DNA of 64,000 nucleotides from Rhodoblastus sp. (GTDB lineage: Bacteria > Pseudomonadota > Alphaproteobacteria > Rhizobiales > Beijerinckiaceae): positions 11,369 through 75,368 of the forward strand of contig JAGRKN010000015.1 in the NCBI GenBank assembly GCA_020442275.1, written 5' to 3'. Positions 18,707 through 25,673 of the stretch are shown here, piece after piece. Positions within the stretch are counted from its first letter, which is position 1, and each line of letters opens with the position of its first letter. A program made the position numbers and the translations under genes. The notes beneath the pieces were generated by a model. That model was not told where the DNA came from. It did no database searches and saw nothing but the letters and a program-made list of their open reading frames with translations.

Positions 18707-19350
18707 GGGGCGGGTTCCCTGTGCTGCGGCGCGAGGAGGGGAATCTGGATCGGGGTGCGGTCGGTTTCCTCGGTTTGCGCGAGGAGCGCATCGAGGAAAT
18801 CGCCCTGCGTGCGCGGCGTGTCGAGCATGACGCGCATGCGGCAATAGGCGGTGGCGAGCAACTCGCAGTCGACGAGAGCCTCGTGGTAGGTCGAGCGCGC
18901 GTCGGTCGAAATGTTGAGACGGCGGCATACGGCGTCGAGCGAGACGGGTTTGCCTGGCCATAGCCGCTTGGCGATGTTGATCGAATCCTCGACCGGAACG
19001 GCGAGCGTGATGTCGGGAAAGCCGACGCGCAGGCATTCGGCGGACAGGAAGCGCATGTCGAATGGCGCGTTGTGCGCGATGAGGCGGGAATCGCCGATGA
19101 ATTCGGCAATCGGAGGCCAAGCGTCCTGGAATAGGGGCGCGGTCGCGAGATCGTCGTCCTTGATGCCGTGGACGAGGAACGAGGACCATTGGACAGGGAC
19201 GCCCTCGGGATTGACGCGTCGTTTGATCGAACGGCCCGTCGGTCGCAGATCGATGATCTCGACGGCGGCTATCTCGATGACGCGATGGCCGGCGTCGGGA
19301 TCGAGGCCGGTCGTTTCGGTGTCGATGACGCAGGCGCGGGTTGGCGACAT
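18703..19350 (-). CDS. dnaQ: DnaQ-like 3'-5' proofreading exonuclease (Pol III epsilon family)
   Basis: Exo I VIDTETTGLD, Exo II LIAHNAPFDMRFL, Exo III YHEALVDCELL. ATG 19350 is preferred over the listed TTG 19377, which lies inside the terminator U-run. Confidence 0.88.
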   Translation of the reverse strand: MSPTRACVIDTETTGLDPDAGHRVIEIAAVEIIDLRPTGRSIKRRVNPEGVPVQWSSFLVHGIKDDDLATAPLFQDAWPPIAEFIGDSRLIAHNAPFDMRFLSAECLRVGFPDITLAVPVEDSINIAKRLWPGKPVSLDAVCRRLNISTDARSTYHEALVDCELLATAYCRMRVMLDTPRTQGDFLDALLAQTEETDRTPIQIPLLAPQHREPAP

Positions 19351-19375
19351 TGGTTTTCGGGTTGCCGGATGGTCC

Positions 19376-19418
19376 AAAAGACGGCGCCGGCGTCACTTCG
19401 GGAGAAGTCGCCGGCGCC
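19376..19418 (-). terminator. Strong hairpin (terminator or attenuator candidate) between the DUF736-like gene and dnaQ
   Basis: GGCGCCGGCG (19383-19392) pairs with CGCCGGCGCC (19409-19418), extended by ACTTC/GAAGT around a GGGA loop. On the minus strand it is followed 3 nt later by UUUU (19376-19379). Confidence 0.45.
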
Positions 19419-19439
19419 GAGGGTGCGAGGAACTGACGA

Positions 19440-19859
19440 TCAGTTCTTCTGGGACGGCTTGTCGTTGCCGAGCGAGTAGAAGGGGCTCTTGGCCGGCGAG
19501 CCGTCGGACTTCTTGTCCTTGTAGAAGCCGACGACATTGAAGGTGGCGCGTGCGCCGTTGTAGTCGTGCTCGAAGCTGAAGCGGATCGCGCCCTTGCCGA
19601 TCTGGCCGAAGAAGCGGGTCTTGAACATCGCGCCGCTGAACGCGGGCTCGGACGAGGTCTGGCCGTTTTCGCGGCGGGCGGCCGAGAAACGGTAGTACTC
19701 GGAATCATTCTTCGACTTCTGCGGCGTCGGATCGATCGTCATGGCGTATTCGACGTTGTCGATCTTGATCGTGCCGGAGATGGCGTTGTTGTCGCCGGTG
19801 AACAGGCTGCCGACGATCTTCGCGTCGAGGGCGACCGGCGGCTTGGCGTATTCTGTCAT
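19440..19859 (-). CDS. Hypothetical protein (139 aa), possibly DUF736-like
   Basis: SGTIKIDNVEYAMTIDPTPQKSKNDSEYYRFSA loosely resembles the DUF736 pattern (TGTI.TL....v.i.P........PD.R) common on alphaproteobacterial conjugative elements. The family call is tentative. Confidence 0.6.
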   Translation of the reverse strand: MTEYAKPPVALDAKIVGSLFTGDNNAISGTIKIDNVEYAMTIDPTPQKSKNDSEYYRFSAARRENGQTSSEPAFSGAMFKTRFFGQIGKGAIRFSFEHDYNGARATFNVVGFYKDKKSDGSPAKSPFYSLGNDKPSQKN

Positions 19860-19908
19860 GTTCAGTCCTTTTCTGGGGATGGTAGAGAGGGAAACGGTAA
19901 CGGATGAA

Positions 19909-22251
19909 TCAGGCGGCCCGTTTGGTCTGCTGCAGGACGTCGGAGACGATCTGCGTCAGAAGGATCGGGAGTTCTGACGTGTCACGGATATTTCTCCAGC
20001 CGGGAATCTTCATCGTCGGGGCGTTCGGACCAATGCCGATGCCGACGAGGTAGACGCCGGATCTGATTATTCCGTTGGCGGCGCTGAGCGTGCGTTTTCG
20101 ATCGCTGGCTTCTCCGTCCGTGATGAGGAAAAGGATTTTACGCTTCTCCGAGCGCAAGCGAAGCGCCTTTTGCGCTTCGAGCAAACCGAAATGGGTCGGG
20201 GTGCCGCCGTTTTCGCCGTCGGCCGGAATTGCGCCGATGGCGCTCTTGAGAGCGCTGGGGGCGTCGGTGAACCGCTTGATCCATTTGATCAGGTGGGAGG
20301 CTGGCGCGCTGGTGTAGGTCAGCGCCGCCGTGTGCACGTCGCGGTCGGTTCCGATCGCAGAAGCGAGCGCTGCTGTCGCTTCGGCGAGATGATCGAGGCG
20401 GGTTTTTCCGGAGCGATCTTTTTCGCGCATCGAGGCCGAGAGGTCGAGGCAGAAGACGACGGATGCCGCGCGATCCTTGCGGGCGTCGCGACGGGAATAG
20501 ATGTCGGACGACCCGGTCGAGATGCCGATCAGGTTGCTGAGATCGAGATCGCCATCCTCGAGCTGGAAGCGTTCGCGGCGGTAGGTTTCCGACGTGAGCA
20601 GCTTGCGCGCGGCCTGGGCGACGCGCGCGGCCGATGCGCCGCCCTTTTGGAGCAGGCGATGGTAATTGGGCATGTCGCGATCGTCGCTGATGCGGATCTC
20701 GATGCGCGACAGGTCGTGTTCGTCGGCGCCGGCGCCGGTCGCCTTGACGATGGCTGCGATCACGTCGCTGACGTCGAGCGCAGTTGTCGGAATGGCGTCG
20801 CTATCAGCAGTCGGCGAGAGCGGCGCGGCGCCGCCCGAACTGGCGCCTTGCTGCGACGGGCTGCCGGAACCGGCGGTCACGCCGCCGCCGGCCTGGCCGT
20901 GCGATGCCTGCTGCTGCGGCTGCTGGCCCTGTGGACCGGCGGATTGTGATGTGCCGCCGGGCGCCGCGCCGCTTTGCGGCGGCGAGCCCGAGCTGGAGGA
21001 ACCAGGCTGGGCGTCATGATCGGCGCCTTGAGCAAGTTTCGACGGATCGCCGGTATTGTCCTGCTGGGGCGCCGGCGCGTGCTGATCGGAAGCGCCGGCG
21101 CCTTGGCCGTCGGCCGTATTGTTGTTCTTCTGGTCGTTGGATTGGCCGCCGGAGCCGCCTTGAGGTTGGTTCTGGTCCGACGGAGAGGTTCCGTCAGCGC
21201 CGGTGGGCGGGTTGGCGTCGGATTTGGTGTCCTTGGGGTCGCCAGATGGGTCGGAGTTCGTGGCGTCGGGTTTGGTTTGGGGCTGAGCGCCCGACGAAGG
21301 GTCGGCCTGATCGTCCGTCTTGCTTGAATTGGAGTCGGATCGATCGGAGCCGTCGTTGCCCTTGCCAGCGCCGGGCTGCGACGAAGGCTGATTCTGCTGG
21401 GGTGAGTTCTGCGGCTGCTGTTGCTGCTGGGCCTGCTGCTGCGGAGGCGGCGGCGGGGGATCCTTCTTGAAATATTTGTTGGCGCATTCGACAGCGATGT
21501 CGAAAGCGAGCTCCATGACCTCTCGATGGGAGCCGAGCTGAAGAATGGCTGGCCAATAGGCGTCGAGCATCTGACGCCCGTCCGGGCAGAGCGCGCTGGC
21601 GCGGTCGAGATTGGCTTTGGCGATTGCGGCGCAGGGGTAGGCGTTGTCGATGCAGCCTGCCCAGGTGATCATGGCGCCGAGCGCGTTCGGCATGGGCATT
21701 TCGGTGACGCCGGCCAGCTCGGCGGCCTGGCGCTCATTCACGTGGAGGCGCGTTTTGGCGATGTTCAGGAACGAGCCGGGATAAGCGCGCTTGATCGCGC
21801 GCTCGATGCGCCAGTCCTCGATGGTGTTGTCGATGTACTGCGAAGTGCGCCAGATCCAGTATTCCTTTTCGTCGATGCCGAGCGCTGCACGCTGTTCGGG
21901 CGTGTCGATCTTTTCTCTGGAGTTCGGCGCGCCAAGGATCTTGCCGAGGACGGCGGAGAGTTTGCGCTTGGCGAACGTCCAGACGTAGGGGATCTCGCTG
22001 TAGAGGACGTGCGCGCATTCGTGGTTGGAGTAGCCACGCAGAACGAGCGCCTTGGATTCTGGATATTGCTCGGTCGAGGAAAGCTCGGGGATGCGGATCG
22101 TGGGTACAGCGGCCGGCGTCGTGTAGGCGACATAGGCCTGCGCGCCGGCGAATTCGACCGGAATCTTGGCGCCGGTGAGCGCGGAAATCGTGCTTTCGAT
22201 TTCTCCGCGCAGAATGTACCCCGGAATGGTTTTCTCGATGGGCGACGACAT
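19909..22251 (-). CDS. CobT-like VWA protein with N-terminal HExxH motif and long disordered linker
   Basis: 780 aa from ATG 22251 (MSSPIEKTIPG). HECAH at residues 77-81 (22009-22023). P/Q/S/G/D-rich low-complexity region at residues about 263-485. C-terminal VWA with MIDAS DLSAS (603-607) and LFLITDGEASD. The listed 994-aa ORF N-terminus overlaps the upstream gene and looks non-coding. Confidence 0.8.
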   Translation of the reverse strand: MSSPIEKTIPGYILRGEIESTISALTGAKIPVEFAGAQAYVAYTTPAAVPTIRIPELSSTEQYPESKALVLRGYSNHECAHVLYSEIPYVWTFAKRKLSAVLGKILGAPNSREKIDTPEQRAALGIDEKEYWIWRTSQYIDNTIEDWRIERAIKRAYPGSFLNIAKTRLHVNERQAAELAGVTEMPMPNALGAMITWAGCIDNAYPCAAIAKANLDRASALCPDGRQMLDAYWPAILQLGSHREVMELAFDIAVECANKYFKKDPPPPPPQQQAQQQQQPQNSPQQNQPSSQPGAGKGNDGSDRSDSNSSKTDDQADPSSGAQPQTKPDATNSDPSGDPKDTKSDANPPTGADGTSPSDQNQPQGGSGGQSNDQKNNNTADGQGAGASDQHAPAPQQDNTGDPSKLAQGADHDAQPGSSSSGSPPQSGAAPGGTSQSAGPQGQQPQQQASHGQAGGGVTAGSGSPSQQGASSGGAAPLSPTADSDAIPTTALDVSDVIAAIVKATGAGADEHDLSRIEIRISDDRDMPNYHRLLQKGGASAARVAQAARKLLTSETYRRERFQLEDGDLDLSNLIGISTGSSDIYSRRDARKDRAASVVFCLDLSASMREKDRSGKTRLDHLAEATAALASAIGTDRDVHTAALTYTSAPASHLIKWIKRFTDAPSALKSAIGAIPADGENGGTPTHFGLLEAQKALRLRSEKRKILFLITDGEASDRKRTLSAANGIIRSGVYLVGIGIGPNAPTMKIPGWRNIRDTSELPILLTQIVSDVLQQTKRAA
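21409..21459 (-). repeat. Trinucleotide (CCG)n-(CAG)n coding tract
   Basis: The plus strand reads ctgcggctgctgttgctgctgggcctgctgctgcggaggcggcggcggggg and encodes PPPPPPQQQAQQQQQPQ inside the CobT-like linker. Confidence 0.6.
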
Positions 22252-22280
22252 CGTCGCCGCCCCGGCGGTCGATGCGCGGG

Positions 22281-23897
22281 TCACTTCCAGTCGTCTCCGT
22301 AGATTTGCCTGCCGAATTCCTCCGCCGCGCTGACGTCGGAGGCGAGCGGGACGCGGTTGATGAGGATCGTGCGGATCGCTTCGACCTCCGCGGCCTTGCG
22401 TTCGAGCGGGTCGCGCGGATTGAGGCCTTCGATCCAGTTGGCGACCGCCGTGAGCTGACGATAGGAGCATGTGGTCGAAAGGCGGTTGGAGACGAAGGCG
22501 CTGCGCATCAGGTTGGCGTAGCTGATGCAGCGCTGGGCGCTGTCGCGCGGCAGGCCGGGGCAGTCGGCCAGGATGGTGGCGAGCTCCTGGTCCTCGGGCA
22601 TGTATTTGCAGTCGATCCAGAGCGGAAAGCGGTCGCGCGTGGCTTCCGACATTTCCTGCCGCAGGCCGTAGGGGTTCTCGCCGTCGTCGCGACCCTTGGT
22701 GTTTGCGGTCGCGAGAATCGCGTGATCGGGATGCGGCGCGATGAACCGGCCGCCGTCGTCGAGAATGGTGATGCCTTTGCGTTCGTAGGCCTGGTGGGCG
22801 ACGTACTGCAGGTCGGGGTCGGCGCGGTCGATTTCGTCCATGTCGATGATGGACGGCATCGAGATCGCCTTGGTGAGCAGGCCATCGAACCATTGCGTTT
22901 CCGAGCCGCGCTCGGTCGTGATCTGCTTGAAGCCGCCGATCATGTCGCGCTTGCGCATTTCGCCATGGACGGGGATGCGGAAGAAGGGGCGGCCGAGGTG
23001 CGCGGCCAGGGCTTCAGCCATGGTCGTCTTGCCGCAGCCGGTCGGCCCGACGAGAACGGAGTTCAGACCCTTGGCGATGCCCCATAGCGCCTGACGCAGC
23101 GAGACCGGATCGAAAGCGTAATTGGGGTTCGCGATCGGCACGTAGGGGTGGGGCGCATCCCAGGTGTAGACAGGGATGTCGAAGGTGAAGCGATGGGCGT
23201 GTTCCGGCGGGATTTTCGTCGCGAACACGGAAGCGGCCGGCAGCATGCGCATCGTGCCCGACGGCAGCGGCCCCTCGGCCGGAATGGGCGTGACCGCCTT
23301 GCGCGCGTGCATGCCGCCCTTGGCGAGAATCTTCTGGGCGTTGTCGAGGGATTCGATGATCTGGAAGACGCTGCGCACGGAGCCGTTGGTCGCCTGTGCG
23401 ACGATGCGATCGGCGGTCGACAGCAGGGAGCGGTCGATTTTCGGGATCGCGAGCGGCGTGTAGGTCGGCGTGGCTGTGTCGTCGGCCGCAGGCGCCGCCG
23501 CCGCGGATGCGTCGCCGCCAGCGGGCGCGACGGGCGGTTCGAGATCGCGCAGGAGGTCGCGCATCTCGGGATCCTTCAGCTTCGTCATTTCTTGGACGAA
23601 GCTGCGAAGGTCGGCATTGGTTGTGAGCTTCTGGATGCGCTCGTTCTGGGTGAGCGCCGGATCGGTGAAGTCGGGAACATACGGCGTGATCTCGGCGAGG
23701 GTCGCCGTCAGGGCTCCGGCGATCGCGTCGGTCCACAGGGCCGGATCCTGACTGGCGTCGGCCATCAGGCTCGTAAACAGCGCGCGGTGCGGATGATCGG
23801 CGGCTGTGACGTCGAAGCGCGATGCGCCGGCAGGCAGGAGCTTCTTGATGAGATAGAGCGCGATCATGCGGAGCGCGATCTGGCTGGATTTCGTCAT
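22281..23897 (-). CDS. CobS-like AAA+ ATPase (AAA_5/MoxR-related) with roughly 220-aa N-terminal extension
   Basis: 538 aa from ATG 23897 (MTKSSQIALRM). The CobS-like pre-ATPase segment is FDIPVYTWDAPHPYVPIANPNYAFDPVSL. Walker A VGPTGCGKTT, Walker B IIDMDEIDRADPD, then PHPDHAILATANTKGRDDGENPYGLRQEMSEATRDRF. Confidence 0.85.
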   Translation of the reverse strand: MTKSSQIALRMIALYLIKKLLPAGASRFDVTAADHPHRALFTSLMADASQDPALWTDAIAGALTATLAEITPYVPDFTDPALTQNERIQKLTTNADLRSFVQEMTKLKDPEMRDLLRDLEPPVAPAGGDASAAAAPAADDTATPTYTPLAIPKIDRSLLSTADRIVAQATNGSVRSVFQIIESLDNAQKILAKGGMHARKAVTPIPAEGPLPSGTMRMLPAASVFATKIPPEHAHRFTFDIPVYTWDAPHPYVPIANPNYAFDPVSLRQALWGIAKGLNSVLVGPTGCGKTTMAEALAAHLGRPFFRIPVHGEMRKRDMIGGFKQITTERGSETQWFDGLLTKAISMPSIIDMDEIDRADPDLQYVAHQAYERKGITILDDGGRFIAPHPDHAILATANTKGRDDGENPYGLRQEMSEATRDRFPLWIDCKYMPEDQELATILADCPGLPRDSAQRCISYANLMRSAFVSNRLSTTCSYRQLTAVANWIEGLNPRDPLERKAAEVEAIRTILINRVPLASDVSAAEEFGRQIYGDDWK

Positions 23898-24000
23898 TTT
23901 CGGGGGCTCATCGGAGGAAGGAATGCGGAAGGATGGAAGCAATGGGAAGGCGGGGCGGGCGCGGTCGCGACCACCGAACAACGTCGGAACTCCGTGGAGA

Positions 24001-25587
24001 TCAGCGGGAAAGGCTGGCGCGCTCGCGCGGTTGGGAAATCGCCTGTTCGCCGGAGAATATCTTCAGCATGTTCTGCGACTCCGCGAAGCTGCGCTTCACG
24101 ATCTCGTGGTGATCGGAACCCTTCGGTCGCGATTCGAGCGTCGTGAATACGTCGAAGCGCTTGGCGACGGCTTGACGGCCGTATTCGATGATTTCGTCCG
24201 GCGTGAAGGTCTTCGGCGATATCGGCTTGACGAGGCGCGTTGTGGCTTTGTTGCGGCCAAAGCAGATTTCATTCTTCTGCAGCAGGAGAAAGCGTTTCGA
24301 GTTGCGCGGGCGCACGGCGAAGACGGTGCGCAGCCCATCGTGCAGGCCGTAGATCTTGATGTTGTGAGGCTGGCCTGCGGAGAGGTCTTTCCAGGGGCGA
24401 TATTTGGTCGTCGGAGTTTCCGGACCCTTGGCGATGAAATTCTCGATCTTGCGGTACTTGTCCATGCTGCCGTGCATGTAGGTCGATGCGCCCATATCGA
24501 TCACGGTGTAGGCCTGCTTGTCGAAGCCGGCTTCGGTGTGGGCGCGCGCGCCGCGGCCGTTGATCTGGATCCACTCGGAACGTGAAGTCGTTTCTTTCAG
24601 GCAAAGTAGACTTTGCGTGCGCGTCACATCGACGCCCTCCGTCAACATGTTGACGCTGCTCAGCACCTGGACGCGTCCGGCGCGATAGTCGGCGAAAGCC
24701 TTTTCGCGGAGGGCCGGCGAGAGGTCGGAATGGACGACTGCGGCCTTGATGCCGGCCTCTTGGAAGGCCGCGCACAAGAGATCGGCGTCCTTGATCGTGT
24801 TGGTGTAGGCGAAGGTTGGAACGGGCGTGCCGTTGTTCGCTTTCAGCCAGGCGCGGATCGAGGTGTCGAAGAAATCGTGGGGACGACTTGTGGCGAGCGC
24901 CTTCTGGATGCCGACCGCTGGTACGGACGGGTCGTTGGGATCGAGGATCTCGTCGACGGTTTCGGCGACGGTCTTGCCGTTCGAAAGCCGGTATTCGGGG
25001 CAGGTCACTTTTGGGGGCACGATTGCGCCGCAGCCGGCAGCCTCTTCGTAAGTGACATGAAAACGCTCGCCGTTGCAGAGCGCTGGATGGAGTTTGGCCT
25101 TGTCGGAGCGCTCGAGCGTCGCGCTCGTGCCCATGACGACGGCATTGGGATTGATCTTGAGGACGGCGTTGATGATTGCTGAATGCTGTGCCTCTTCGTC
25201 GGCCGTCGCGTGGTGGCATTCGTCGATCCATACGGCGTCGCGGTGGCCGATCGCATGACGATTGGCGTACAACGTCTTGGTTATTCCGTAAGCGGCCTGG
25301 CCGGACGGGTCGAATTCTCCGTTGATCGAGAGACTGGCGTCTTTGACGCCAAGTGAATTGGCCCTGGCTATGTTCTGCGCGCCGATTGCCTGGCGATCCT
25401 GGACGACGAGGACACGGAAATCGGGTCTTTCGGCGATGAGACGCTGAAAGACGTCGATGGCCATGTTGGTTTTCCCGAAGCCGGTTGGCGCGGAAATGAC
25501 GATGTTTTTGCCGGAAAGGAGGGCGGCGGCGGCAGCCGTCGTCACCTGTTCCTGCAGTTCAGTGCGGCGGGCTAAATCGACAGCCAT
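24001..25587 (-). CDS. SF2 helicase (ResIII/DEAD-like N-lobe plus Helicase_C)
   Basis: Motif I SAPTGFGKT, motif II VWIDECHH, motif III-like GTSATL, and C-lobe VLSSVNMLTEGVDV...INGRGAR. Confidence 0.85.
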   Translation of the reverse strand: MAVDLARRTELQEQVTTAAAAALLSGKNIVISAPTGFGKTNMAIDVFQRLIAERPDFRVLVVQDRQAIGAQNIARANSLGVKDASLSINGEFDPSGQAAYGITKTLYANRHAIGHRDAVWIDECHHATADEEAQHSAIINAVLKINPNAVVMGTSATLERSDKAKLHPALCNGERFHVTYEEAAGCGAIVPPKVTCPEYRLSNGKTVAETVDEILDPNDPSVPAVGIQKALATSRPHDFFDTSIRAWLKANNGTPVPTFAYTNTIKDADLLCAAFQEAGIKAAVVHSDLSPALREKAFADYRAGRVQVLSSVNMLTEGVDVTRTQSLLCLKETTSRSEWIQINGRGARAHTEAGFDKQAYTVIDMGASTYMHGSMDKYRKIENFIAKGPETPTTKYRPWKDLSAGQPHNIKIYGLHDGLRTVFAVRPRNSKRFLLLQKNEICFGRNKATTRLVKPISPKTFTPDEIIEYGRQAVAKRFDVFTTLESRPKGSDHHEIVKRSFAESQNMLKIFSGEQAISQPRERASLSR

Positions 25588-25673
25588 GACGGAATTTCCT
25601 GCGACGCGGATATTTTAACGAAGTCGCGGCCGGTCTACAATGACGGACGAAAATCATTGCAACGGAGAAATCC
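25588..25673. promoter_or_regulatory. AT-rich divergent control region (SF2-helicase operon leftward, orf554 rightward)
   Basis: Minus-strand GTTAAAAT (hexamer 25612-25617) lies 25 nt upstream of the helicase ATG. Three ACGGA copies (25589-93, 25643-47, 25662-66). SD GGAG lies before ATG 25674. Confidence 0.4.

Noticed and set aside
18707-19708. N-terminal 334-aa extension of the listed 1351-aa dnaE ORF.
   Set aside because: The extension is R/P/S-rich junk in a different frame over the dnaQ gene. A clean ATG at 18706 overlaps the dnaQ stop and begins the recognisable polymerase sequence.
20797-21465. Repetitive-looking GC-rich stretch considered as a CRISPR array, tandem repeat or non-coding spacer.
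   Set aside because: It is in frame within the CobT-like ORF, has no repeat-spacer periodicity, and encodes a low-complexity linker. Only the short trinucleotide tract at 21409-21459 is truly repetitive.
22252-22893. N-terminal extension of the CobT-like ORF. The same issue applies to the Rad52-like ORF (53359-54204) and the DUF1064 ORF (35307-36143).
   Set aside because: The extensions overlap the well-supported upstream genes in another frame and are Arg/Pro/His-rich. Internal ATGs with SDs or ATGA coupling give sensible proteins.
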